Virus record (IMG/VR): IMGVR_UViG_3300027754_000085 | Location: 989 to 64,988 of that record | Length of the DNA: 64,000 nt | Strand: one strand, 5' to 3' | Source: a virus | Lineage: Duplodnaviria > Caudoviricetes | Shown here: positions 18,205-27,750 of the stretch, piece by piece | How the letters are laid out: each line of letters begins with the position of its first letter | Position numbering within the stretch: position 1 is the first letter of the stretch | Notes under the pieces: model-generated | Databases searched by the model: none | The model's input: only the letters and a program-made list of their open reading frames with translations | What the model was told of the DNA's origin: nothing | Program-made: the position numbers and the translations under genes

Positions 18205-18225
18205 CCCGAAGGAGATAATAAATAA

Positions 18226-18855
18226 ATGCCTACAATCATTAATAATCGGTCAACATTAATCACCGATCCGTTACGTAACTTTCGATTTTTAGTTACGTTC
18301 AAGCCATTAACAAGTGCGGCTGGGGCAGCAACAAGCGCTGCAACAACTAACCTTGCATCAGCGGTAACGCTTGGCTTTACGTCTGTATCAGGAATGGCTG
18401 TAACAACAGATTCTATTCCTTACCGTGAAGGTGGATACAACACCACTGTTCACCAAATTCCAGGACAGACTACGTTTGCTCCAATCACATTGCAACGTGG
18501 TGTAATCCTAGGAACAAACCAAAACTACGAATGGATGCGTAACCTATTTGCAACTGTTCAAGGTGGCGGTTCAACCCGTGCTCGCACAGAGAACTTCCGT
18601 TGCGATCTAGAAATTGCAGTACTATCTCATCCAATTCCATCTACTGGTGAGACAGCACAAAACTCTCCAGCAGCAACAGACCACGTCGCTATGCGCTTCA
18701 ATGTGTATAACTGCTGGCCTACTGCTGTAGCGTACTCAGATCTAAACGCTGGAGATAACGCTCTGTTTGTTGAACAGATGACACTTGTCCATGAAGGATT
18801 TGATGTTAACTGGGCAGCAGACTTAACTACTTCAGCAACAGCATTCCCAGCATAA
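18226..18855 (+). CDS. Tail tube protein (T4 gp19-like)
   Basis: DPLRNFRF, YREGG, PITLQRG, WPT...SDLNA...EQMTLVHEG. Confidence 0.9.
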   Translation: MPTIINNRSTLITDPLRNFRFLVTFKPLTSAAGAATSAATTNLASAVTLGFTSVSGMAVTTDSIPYREGGYNTTVHQIPGQTTFAPITLQRGVILGTNQNYEWMRNLFATVQGGGSTRARTENFRCDLEIAVLSHPIPSTGETAQNSPAATDHVAMRFNVYNCWPTAVAYSDLNAGDNALFVEQMTLVHEGFDVNWAADLTTSATAFPA

Positions 18856-18872
18856 TCTAACAAAGGAATATA

Positions 18873-19682
18873 ATGACGAACACAATTAGTGCAGCGGTTA
18901 ATCCCGCATTGGCAAACCAACTTCTATCAAAGGCGCTTAATGAAGTGCCACAGGAGATCGTTCCTGAAATTATCCTTCCTTCGGATACTTTGGTTAACCT
19001 GCCTGGTGGCTATGTGACAGCCACTGGGGAGGTTATCCGAACCGCAGAGGTTCGTGAACTCAACGGTAAAGATGAAGAGATAATTTCAAAGTCTCCAAAT
19101 TTAGGCAAAGCCCTACTAACAATACTTAGTCGTGGAACTGTAAAGATAGGTACTGAAGCAGTGGATGAGAACGTCCTTGATCAACTTTTGATAGGAGATA
19201 GAGACTCCCTTCTTCTTGGTATCTTAAAGACAACCTTTGGTTCAAAGGTAGAGATTGCTGCATACTGCAATGGCTGCACTGAATACAAGGTGGTACAAGT
19301 AGACGTTGATGCCGACATTAAAGTAAAGGTATTAACAGATCCAGTTAACGACAGAGTGTTTACCGTAAAAGGAAAGAAGAACGAGTTTGTTGTTCGTCTT
19401 CCAAACGGAGTAGTACAAAAGAAAATGATTGAAAATACAGACAAGACATCTGCAGAGTTAAGCACAATTATTTTAGAAAATACATTAGTACGTATTGATG
19501 AAGCCCCAGTATACGGAGCAGCACAAGTACAGTTACTAAGTATTACAGATCGTAGAACTATCGTAGAAGCGATAAATGATAGAGCGCCTGGTCCACAGTT
19601 CTCAGACGTTACTGTTAACTGCCCAGACTGTGAAAGTGAGGTAACGGTTCCTATTAATTTAGGTACCTTATTTCAGTTCTAA
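18873..19682 (+). CDS. Tail assembly chaperone / T4 gp26-like baseplate hub assembly protein
   Basis: VRELNGKDEE, LLIGDRD and two CxxC pairs; lies between tube and tape measure. Confidence 0.65.
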   Translation: MTNTISAAVNPALANQLLSKALNEVPQEIVPEIILPSDTLVNLPGGYVTATGEVIRTAEVRELNGKDEEIISKSPNLGKALLTILSRGTVKIGTEAVDENVLDQLLIGDRDSLLLGILKTTFGSKVEIAAYCNGCTEYKVVQVDVDADIKVKVLTDPVNDRVFTVKGKKNEFVVRLPNGVVQKKMIENTDKTSAELSTIILENTLVRIDEAPVYGAAQVQLLSITDRRTIVEAINDRAPGPQFSDVTVNCPDCESEVTVPINLGTLFQF

Positions 19683-19695
19683 TGTAACAGGTTAT

Positions 19696-19842
19696 ATGCG
19701 TCTGTTCTCTGAATGGGCTGCATTAACTGAATTCTACGAAGGTTGGACTCTTGAAGACATAAAGAACTTGTCTAAAAGAGAAAGAAGCAATTGGTTAGAA
19801 GTAGCAATGACTAGACATGGAAGGAGTTCAAGTAATGGCTAA
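19696..19842 (+). CDS. Small second tail chaperone (gp51-like), absent from ORF track
   Basis: MRLFSEWAALTEFYEGWTLEDIKNLSKRERSNWLE. Confidence 0.6.
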   Translation: MRLFSEWAALTEFYEGWTLEDIKNLSKRERSNWLEVAMTRHGRSSSNG

Positions 19843-21886
19843 AGATCCAATTAATGAACTCTCCCATGTCAATAGCCAACTAAAGGCTACTAACAAAGAG
19901 ATAAATCTTCTTGAATCTGGTTTAAAGAGGATAACTGGTCTTGCCAGTGCAAGTTTTTCTACAGTAAAGAACGCCTTATCATTTAGCACTGGACAAACTA
20001 GCGGTTTAAATTTAGGTTCATCCAACGCTAATTTTGCTAACAACGCTAGTAATCAAAGCACCAATAACATGCCTTGGGCATACTCAAAAACTGGTGCAGC
20101 AACTATTGGTGGCGTTCAACTTGGCTTAGGTGTTGCAGGTGCTGCTTATGCTGCTCTACCAAGTCTAAATGAAGTAGTACCTCGTGCAACTGGCTTCTAC
20201 CAAGCATCAAGCCGAGTTACTGGAATGAATAGAACTCAGTTAGCAAATATGGCTACCTCTGCATTCAGAGGTGCAATATCTGGAACCAATGATGACATGG
20301 CAGCACTTGCTGTTCTTTCTCAAAGTTTTAACATCACTGACACCAAAAACTTAAGTCAGTCTATGAGAGAAGCCAGGGGCGCAACCCTGGCATATGGAAT
20401 GTCAAATCCCCAGGCTGCCGCAGCAATTGGTGGGTTGCACACAGGTGCAATGGGTGGAAACCTTTATCAGTACGGCATCAGTACCTTTGATACAAAAACT
20501 GGAATGATGCGTACATCAGAGGATATTGCTAAACAAATTTATAAAAGAGAATTTGGCAACAAGAAGTTAACACCAGAACAACTATCAGTTGCTATGCGTG
20601 AAGGCCTATTAGGTGCAGACATAAATAACCTGTTCCAGGATCAAGCAACAAATGATTTAATGCGTCGTAAAATTACTGAAATTAGTCAAGGTAAAAACTC
20701 TAATCTTTTAACTGAGACTGGTGCTGGCAACCCACTAACAAATACTTTGTATAAGGCAAACACTTCATATACAGACCTTCTTAATAAAACTACTGATCCT
20801 GCACTTGCAGGTTACGCAACTGCAGCAGATGCAATGGTTGCATTTAACAAAGCCTTAGAAGGAACACCAGAATCAATAATTAAACTAAAGGCAGCAATTG
20901 AAGCCGCTTCAGGTTCTAACCTAGGAAGTGCTAGTAGCGCCCTATTGAGCGGTGTTTTTGGTGGAGTTGCAACTATCACCGCAGCGGCAGGTCTTCGTAA
21001 ACTAGCGGGGACTGCTGCGGCAAAGGCTATTGCAGGAAAAGTTACAACTACAGCAGTTGAAGGAGCAGTAAAAACTACAGCAATGTCTGCTGCTAAAAAA
21101 GTTGGATTAAAAGGTTTTACAAAAGCAGTGCCACTAATTGGTGGAATTTACTCTGCTGCAACAGGTGAGGGGTTCATATCTAGCGTAGCAACCAGCGCTG
21201 CAATAGGTGGCGTGTTTGGCGGACTTCCTGGAGCAGGAATTGCTGCTGCTGGAACTGCAATTGGTTGGTTAGGAACAAAACTGTTTCAAGCATTTAAGTC
21301 TATGACTGCCACATCTGTAAGTCCTGGTAGTGGACCAAATCAAACAGGTATGGGGCTACCTAATGATGCAGATCCTCAACTTGTACAAACTTTACTGAGT
21401 GCTGGATTCAGCGGTCAATCACTTGTTACTGCTTATGGCGTTGCAAAAGCAGAGTCTGGAGGAAGAGCAAATGCATACAACCCAACTGGCTTAGATAAAT
21501 CTTATGGTCTATTCCAAATCAATATGGAAAATAACGACCCTAGAAATAAAAATATGGGTGTTAAGAGGAACGCTGATTACTTAAAGAAGTACAAAAACAT
21601 TGGCTACACAGGTATGGAAAGTTTAAAAGATCCAGCCATTAACGCCAAAATTGCTTACGATATATCTAAGGGCGGCACAAACTTTAAACCATGGACCACA
21701 TATACAAGTGGGTCTTACTTAAATCAACTTACCCCTGGTGGGAATACCTCTCCTAATGGTCCACAAACTGTCAACATTAATCTTACAATTTCTAAAGCGT
21801 CTGATGCTGAAGCCGAAGCCTTTGCTAAAAAGGTAAAAAGTCTTTTGGTTAAAGATAAGAGTCTCAATGCTATAGGGAGTAAATAA
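19835..21886 (+). CDS. Tape measure protein with C-terminal lytic transglycosylase domain
   Basis: Ala/Gly-rich helical body; AESGG..A.N...SYGLFQIN...FKPW. Confidence 0.8.
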   Translation: MAKDPINELSHVNSQLKATNKEINLLESGLKRITGLASASFSTVKNALSFSTGQTSGLNLGSSNANFANNASNQSTNNMPWAYSKTGAATIGGVQLGLGVAGAAYAALPSLNEVVPRATGFYQASSRVTGMNRTQLANMATSAFRGAISGTNDDMAALAVLSQSFNITDTKNLSQSMREARGATLAYGMSNPQAAAAIGGLHTGAMGGNLYQYGISTFDTKTGMMRTSEDIAKQIYKREFGNKKLTPEQLSVAMREGLLGADINNLFQDQATNDLMRRKITEISQGKNSNLLTETGAGNPLTNTLYKANTSYTDLLNKTTDPALAGYATAADAMVAFNKALEGTPESIIKLKAAIEAASGSNLGSASSALLSGVFGGVATITAAAGLRKLAGTAAAKAIAGKVTTTAVEGAVKTTAMSAAKKVGLKGFTKAVPLIGGIYSAATGEGFISSVATSAAIGGVFGGLPGAGIAAAGTAIGWLGTKLFQAFKSMTATSVSPGSGPNQTGMGLPNDADPQLVQTLLSAGFSGQSLVTAYGVAKAESGGRANAYNPTGLDKSYGLFQINMENNDPRNKNMGVKRNADYLKKYKNIGYTGMESLKDPAINAKIAYDISKGGTNFKPWTTYTSGSYLNQLTPGGNTSPNGPQTVNINLTISKASDAEAEAFAKKVKSLLVKDKSLNAIGSK

Positions 21887-23250
21887 TGGCTGGTCCTAAC
21901 CCATACTTACGTAGTGCTGATATTGAAGCCCGATTTCAGGACCAGTTAACTTCTCAAGCAAATCAAAGAGAAAAAGATAAGAAAGCAAAAGCAGAAACAG
22001 ATAAAAAAAAGGCTCTAACAACACAGTTAGTTACCTTACGCCAACGTGAGGCTTCTTTACTTGCCCGCAAATTAGCAGCAGAAAAAAGTTTAGCGCCTAA
22101 TAAAGCGCAACTGTTATCTCTTCAAAACAATGCATTGAGTTCTGGCTCTCCTGGTGGGTCTACAATTACATCGGGAGAACTAGCGGCAATTAGTGCTTAT
22201 GGAAACTATTATGTTGCACCTTATTTGGCAGAGGTGGCTGCTCTAACTAACGAGTACAAGAATGCCGTTGATGCCACAAAGGCAACAGAGAAAGCATTAA
22301 CACCAAAAGTTGAAGCAAAAGCAAAAGTAAATAAGGCTATTAAAAATAAATCAACAACTAAGGCAAGGTCTAAGACTGGCAGTACATCTGGTAACAATGG
22401 ATCAGACCCAATTAAGAGTGCAGCGTTTAACCCGCCTTTATACAACTACAACGCACCAATGGTTAAGAATGCATACCTTAATCCTGGTTTAGGAGCATTA
22501 GATCTAAGTCCACAACAAGAGACTTCTTCTAGAAGCATTTCAGATCCAGGTAATTATACAGATGCACGTAATGCGTGGAAAGACACTCTTGGTGCAAAAG
22601 GCGTTATTCAAATGGATCGAAATACTCAATTCAATATGTCTAACGTTTCAAGTACTGGCTCTCAACAACTTGATGCAAACTTATACGGGTTTAAGTTCTT
22701 ATACAATCCAAAAGAAGTTGCTATGCATTGGGGTATGACCGACAACTCTTATAATCCAGAGGTTGGAGCAACAGGGCAAACTGGAAGGGGTTTCACTCTC
22801 TCGTTACAAAATAGCACAATTACATTCTCTCTTTTACTAAATCGAATTGGAGATATGACTTGGCTTGATTCTAACGGACTTAAATCAAAAGGTGTAGGAG
22901 ATGTTTACTCTCCAACTAGTAGCACTGATGTCTACCCAACCTCTGTAAACAACACGGAATTAAAAGACATATATAAAAAAGGAACAATGTATGATCTTGA
23001 GTATCTATTTAAAACCGTTGGTGGGGCTAACGCTACATATACAGACTCGTTCGATACAAAGACCGCTGACAGGGGATGGTTACAAGGTATTCAAGTAGAG
23101 TTACACCTTGGTGCTGGTATGAGGTATCTGGTGCGAGTTAACTCACTTGACGTAAACCATATGATATTTAATGAAAACATGGTTCCAATACTTTCTGAAG
23201 TAAACATCTCATGTTCACGTTTCCTAAATGTTAAGGACACTCCTCAATGA
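21886..23250 (+). CDS. Baseplate/tube initiator protein
   Basis: FKFLYNP, TITFSLLLNR and MVPILSEV motifs; position after tape measure. Confidence 0.55.
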   Translation: MAGPNPYLRSADIEARFQDQLTSQANQREKDKKAKAETDKKKALTTQLVTLRQREASLLARKLAAEKSLAPNKAQLLSLQNNALSSGSPGGSTITSGELAAISAYGNYYVAPYLAEVAALTNEYKNAVDATKATEKALTPKVEAKAKVNKAIKNKSTTKARSKTGSTSGNNGSDPIKSAAFNPPLYNYNAPMVKNAYLNPGLGALDLSPQQETSSRSISDPGNYTDARNAWKDTLGAKGVIQMDRNTQFNMSNVSSTGSQQLDANLYGFKFLYNPKEVAMHWGMTDNSYNPEVGATGQTGRGFTLSLQNSTITFSLLLNRIGDMTWLDSNGLKSKGVGDVYSPTSSTDVYPTSVNNTELKDIYKKGTMYDLEYLFKTVGGANATYTDSFDTKTADRGWLQGIQVELHLGAGMRYLVRVNSLDVNHMIFNENMVPILSEVNISCSRFLNVKDTPQ

Positions 23251-23522
23251 TATTTTTAGATAGCAGGTATGCAGATGGCAGACTTACCAAAGTTTGGCAC
23301 GCTAGAAAACAGGAGTACCACTTAGTAGTACTAAGAGAATGGCCTGAATACGTTCAGTCTTATTTCATATACGAATGGGTAGAGAACGATCGTTTAGATA
23401 ACTTGGCTGTTAAGTACCTTGGTGATTCAGGGTTGTGGTGGGAAATTATGGATATAAATCCAGAGATTATTAACCCATTAGAAATCCTTCCAGGTACTCA
23501 GATCAGGATTCCAAATGCGTGA
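23247..23522 (+). CDS. LysM-like baseplate protein
   Basis: DRLDNLA.KYLGD..LWWEIMDINP...PGTQIRIP. Confidence 0.8.
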   Translation: MIFLDSRYADGRLTKVWHARKQEYHLVVLREWPEYVQSYFIYEWVENDRLDNLAVKYLGDSGLWWEIMDINPEIINPLEILPGTQIRIPNA

Positions 23523-24771
23523 TCCCCAAAAACAACACAGATTTAATAACTCGTTTAAAGTTTCATATCCAGATTTTCCTACATTAGGTGGTCCTGCTAG
23601 AACAGTGACAGTCATTCAAGAGATGGGTAAACATGACGTTGTTCAGATCCGTTATTCAAGATTTAATAACGCTTTCTTTAAAGCAATAAAAACAGGTGTT
23701 CCTGTTGTAGTAACTTGGAAAAATGACAAGGTTTCTGGAGAGTTTGTAGGTTATGCGGTGGACGTATCTTACCCAACTGTTCATCAACTAATACGAGAGG
23801 TAACTATTACTTGTGTTGGGTCTTCTTATCCTTTAAAAGAACGTGTGTCTAAAATTTGGAAGAATAAAACAGCATCAGAAATTGCAACAGAAGTTGCAAA
23901 AAAGTTTAAACTAAAACCTTTTGTAACACCAAGTTCAATACGGTTTACCCAACAATCTTTATCAGGTCATTCTTACTGGGAAAAGTTAAACGAGTTAGCA
24001 GAAAGAATTGGTTACGGTGTTCAAGTTGTTGGTACAGAACTTCACTTTCATCCAATAGACCAAATGATTGACCAGTTCATGACAACAGTCCCAATAATGT
24101 CTTTTAAAGACCCATTCTTAAATCCAAACGCCAGTTACATAGCGCCAACTTTGGAGTACTTTGAACCCACCGTTGGAGACCACATTGAGTCTATGAGTTT
24201 TTCTAGAAGTAGTAACACTGTCAGTGGAGTTGATCCAGTAACTGGAAAAGCCTACACAGCAAAAACCTCTTCTAACAAAGTTGGGAAGAATCTTAGAAAA
24301 AATACAAAGGATCCGTTATTTTCTACCGTAGAGGTGAGCACCGTTGTAGCCAGTAACACAATGGCTAAGTCGTTGTCTACTGCTAGAGCACAGATGGGAA
24401 GACTTTCAATGCCAGCAAAAGCAAGTGGTCAAGGTGACCCACGAATTGCGCCGTGGAGAACTGTAGAGATTAAAGGCACTGGAGATACTACCGATGGATT
24501 TTGGATTGTAAAAAGGGCAGAGCACACAGTTTATTTTGATGGAAGATACTACGTGGAGTTCACTTGTTTATCCGACGGTGTTGGTACTAACAAGCCAAGT
24601 GTTACCAGGCCCTCTAGTGCTGGGTCAGTACCTACAAGAAACATCACAAACGAGATGTCTACTGCCAACAAAAGAAAGCCAACATCACCTAAACTAAGCG
24701 CTACAACTATAATGGTTAAACAGAGTGCAGCAGGGTACGCCGTGACCCCAAGGAAATGGAGTGGTAAATAA
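23515..24771 (+). CDS. Baseplate hub (gpD/gp27-like)
   Basis: TASEIA.EVA, SYWEKL.ELA.RIG, GDPRI.P...V...G.W motifs. Confidence 0.75.
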   Translation: MRDPQKQHRFNNSFKVSYPDFPTLGGPARTVTVIQEMGKHDVVQIRYSRFNNAFFKAIKTGVPVVVTWKNDKVSGEFVGYAVDVSYPTVHQLIREVTITCVGSSYPLKERVSKIWKNKTASEIATEVAKKFKLKPFVTPSSIRFTQQSLSGHSYWEKLNELAERIGYGVQVVGTELHFHPIDQMIDQFMTTVPIMSFKDPFLNPNASYIAPTLEYFEPTVGDHIESMSFSRSSNTVSGVDPVTGKAYTAKTSSNKVGKNLRKNTKDPLFSTVEVSTVVASNTMAKSLSTARAQMGRLSMPAKASGQGDPRIAPWRTVEIKGTGDTTDGFWIVKRAEHTVYFDGRYYVEFTCLSDGVGTNKPSVTRPSSAGSVPTRNITNEMSTANKRKPTSPKLSATTIMVKQSAAGYAVTPRKWSGK

Positions 24772-25172
24772 TGTCTGAAAAGTCTTTGGCATTGCCCTTC
24801 TCTATTGATGCCTATGGGAAAGTATCTGTAACTAGTGATCAGTCAAAAATTTGGGCAGATAGAGTCAGGTCTGTTCTCGGAACTTCTCTGAGAGAGCGTG
24901 TAATGAGACCAACTTTTGGAACTCTAATACCTTATGCAATTTTTGAAGGAGTAGAAACTGCAGAGGCTGAGATTAAAGCAGAAGTTGAAAGAGCCTTTAA
25001 TGGACAACTTCCGTTACTTAATCTTCAAACTACCAATGTGTCTTTTGATACTTATACAAGTGTTTTTAACGTCGAAGTAATCTATGGATTGCCAAACAAT
25101 GAGACCGTAAGTACCCTCATTGGTTTGGTCCTTATTGATGGTACTACCCCAATCTACCAGGAGTTCTTATGA
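24771..25172 (+). CDS. Baseplate wedge protein (gp25/GPW-like)
   Basis: LPF...LGT...ERVMRPTFG. Confidence 0.85.
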   Translation: MSEKSLALPFSIDAYGKVSVTSDQSKIWADRVRSVLGTSLRERVMRPTFGTLIPYAIFEGVETAEAEIKAEVERAFNGQLPLLNLQTTNVSFDTYTSVFNVEVIYGLPNNETVSTLIGLVLIDGTTPIYQEFL

Positions 25173-26725
25173 GCATAACACCAGTATCTAATATCCCCAT
25201 TGCAATTGATTACACAGGAAGAGATTACTACTCTTTGCGTGAAGATCTAATTGCAAGAATACAGGACCGCATACCTGAGTGGACTGCTTCTGACCCAGCA
25301 GATTTTGGTGTTGCTTTAGTTGAAGCCTTCTCGTACTTAGGAGACATGGTCTCTTTCTACATTGACAGAACAGCCAATGAGTCTTTTATTCAAACCGCAA
25401 CACAGCGTGACAGCATTTTAAACATTGCTCAGACTTACGGGTATATTCCAGCAGGCTTTAGACAAGCAACGGTAGATGTAACTTTCTCTAACTCATCTGA
25501 TGCAAACGTAACAATTCCTTCTGGAACCGTTGTTAGTGCTCAAGTAGTATCAAATGACACGGTGGAAACTGTTTACTTTACAACTAACGTAGATGCAACA
25601 GTTCCTGCCCTTGTTGACGATGTCCCTGGCGAAGATACAGTAAGTGCTGCAGAGGGTAGAAGCATTACTTTAGTTTCAGATGTAGCCAATACCTATGGCG
25701 AACTTGTGGGGACATCTACTGGAACTCCTGCAATGAGTTTTGAACTTGGAGAAACACCCGTAGTAGAGGGCTCCGTTGAGGTGTACGTTCAAGATGGAGA
25801 TGTATACTCTAAATGGACACAAGTACAGCACCTACTTGATTTTGGTCCAACTGATCTTATCTACTCTGTGTTTTTAGACCAAGACAATGTTGTTTCAATA
25901 ACGTTTGGTGATGGGGTGTCTGGATCAATACCAACTATTTATTCTGAGATTAGAGCAAAGTACACAGTAGGTGGCGGTGGACTAGGAAATGTAAGTGCAA
26001 ACCTTGTAGACACTATTGAACATATTCCTGGTTTATCTGAAGGACAAGTTACCGCTATACAGAGCGCTGTCACTTTAACCAATACTGCAACTGCTCTTGG
26101 TGGTGCAGACCCAGAAAGCAATGACCAGATTAGAGTTTCTGCTCCATCTTCTTTGCGTTCTGGAAACAGAGCAGTAACATTAAAAGACTTTGCTGATTTA
26201 TCTTTATCGGTAAGTGGGGTTGGAAAAGCAAATGCAACAGCAGCAGTTTGGACTTCTGTAACTGTTTATATTGCCCCTAGCCGTACCGCAATAGACACTG
26301 ATCCAGCACCAGGGTTAGATGATCTTGGAGACCCTACAGCAGAATATGTTCGTTTAAAAACAAACTTAGAAACTTTCTTAAGTAATAAAGTGTTAATTGG
26401 CACAACCGTTACCATTCAACCTCCAACTTATGTTGACGTTGTAGCAAACATTCAGTACACAAAACTTGAACAGTACACAACAGAGGAAGTAGAATTAAGT
26501 TTAAAGAACGCTCTTTTAACTGGCTTTGGTTACACAGGTGTAAAGTTTCAAGACACTATCTATCCACAAGACATTGAGTTTGTTCTTCAACAGGCACCTG
26601 GGGTGCAGACTGTAAAAGTATTGGATCTCCATGACACTCTTGGAAGTGGTCTTGACACTATGGTTGGTGAACCAGGGGAGATATTTAGGTTTACAGAAGA
26701 CAACACAAGTCTTAGCGAGATGTAA
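25169..26725 (+). CDS. Baseplate J-like wedge protein
   Basis: IDYTGRDY, DFGVALVE, FGDGVSG, GGADPES and RAVTLKDF. Confidence 0.9.
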   Translation: MSITPVSNIPIAIDYTGRDYYSLREDLIARIQDRIPEWTASDPADFGVALVEAFSYLGDMVSFYIDRTANESFIQTATQRDSILNIAQTYGYIPAGFRQATVDVTFSNSSDANVTIPSGTVVSAQVVSNDTVETVYFTTNVDATVPALVDDVPGEDTVSAAEGRSITLVSDVANTYGELVGTSTGTPAMSFELGETPVVEGSVEVYVQDGDVYSKWTQVQHLLDFGPTDLIYSVFLDQDNVVSITFGDGVSGSIPTIYSEIRAKYTVGGGGLGNVSANLVDTIEHIPGLSEGQVTAIQSAVTLTNTATALGGADPESNDQIRVSAPSSLRSGNRAVTLKDFADLSLSVSGVGKANATAAVWTSVTVYIAPSRTAIDTDPAPGLDDLGDPTAEYVRLKTNLETFLSNKVLIGTTVTIQPPTYVDVVANIQYTKLEQYTTEEVELSLKNALLTGFGYTGVKFQDTIYPQDIEFVLQQAPGVQTVKVLDLHDTLGSGLDTMVGEPGEIFRFTEDNTSLSEM

Positions 26726-27219
26726 TGGATCCTGTTAAACGTCTTTATGGAATCTATAGAGGTGTTGTAAAGGATACTAGAGATCCAGATAAGCAACGTC
26801 GTCTTAAGGTTTCAATACCACAAGTTTCGGGCACTGAAGTATCTGAATGGGCTTGGCCTATTGAGCCATCAAGTATTAATACTGATGTCCCTATTGTTGG
26901 CCAAGGTGTTTGGATCTCTTTTATTGGAGGAGATCCTGATTACCCAGTTTGGTCTGGAGCCTTTGGAAAGAACCAAGGCAAGAATAAAAAAATGTTTATT
27001 AAACCATTAGATAATAAGACATCTCTTACAGGTTTATCGGCACACGTTATTACTATAAAGAATTCTGATGGAACTACAGATGTAGATTTAACGGCTACCC
27101 TCATGGCGTTAGCAAACAAGGTAAAGACCCTAGAAACAAAGGTGACCACCCTAGAAGGCAAGGTCACAACTTTAGAAGGTCAAGTCACAACCTTACAAGG
27201 TCAGGCTCATACCCATTGA
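26725..27219 (+). CDS. Baseplate spike (gpV/gp5 OB-fold) with coiled coil and terminal HxH
   Basis: YRGVV...DPDKQRRLKV..P...P.VGQGVWISF.GGDPDYPVW; ends HTH. Confidence 0.85.
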   Translation: MDPVKRLYGIYRGVVKDTRDPDKQRRLKVSIPQVSGTEVSEWAWPIEPSSINTDVPIVGQGVWISFIGGDPDYPVWSGAFGKNQGKNKKMFIKPLDNKTSLTGLSAHVITIKNSDGTTDVDLTATLMALANKVKTLETKVTTLEGKVTTLEGQVTTLQGQAHTH

Positions 27220-27284
27220 TAGTTCAGCAGGTAAATAGGGGGCAAACCAGAGAAAATAGACCGTTAGGTCTGAGAGGAAAATAA

Positions 27285-27737
27285 GTGACAGCATCATATC
27301 CAATATCGGTTAAGTCCTTTTCAACAAAGGTAGATTTCACCGACACCGTTCTTGCCGAGCACGTAAACACCCTTCAAGATGAAGTTGCCTCTATACAGGC
27401 AAACCTTGGAACCTATATCAAAACTGGTTCTGGTTGGGTTGGGTCTTTTGACCAAATCACCACCAGTTGGGATAGTCTAAAAGATCGTCTTGCAAATATT
27501 GAGTACGGATTAAACACTGTTTATACAGAACGACTTCCAACGGGTGGAACAACTGGGCAAGTTTTAGTAAAGTCATCTGGTGATGACTACGATACCTCTT
27601 GGTCTACATTTGATGGCTTACCTTCCCAATCTGGAAATTCTGGAAACTATTTGACTACAGATGGATCAAGTGCATCTTGGGCTGCTGTTGCTCAAGGTGG
27701 AGAAACAATAAGTTCTTTCTTACTTGCTGGTTGTTAA
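27285..27737 (+). CDS. Virion/tail protein
   Basis: V.AEHVN.LQDEV and LPTGGTTGQVLVK motifs. Confidence 0.55.
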   Translation: MTASYPISVKSFSTKVDFTDTVLAEHVNTLQDEVASIQANLGTYIKTGSGWVGSFDQITTSWDSLKDRLANIEYGLNTVYTERLPTGGTTGQVLVKSSGDDYDTSWSTFDGLPSQSGNSGNYLTTDGSSASWAAVAQGGETISSFLLAGC

Positions 27738-27750
27738 GGAGCATTAGCCT

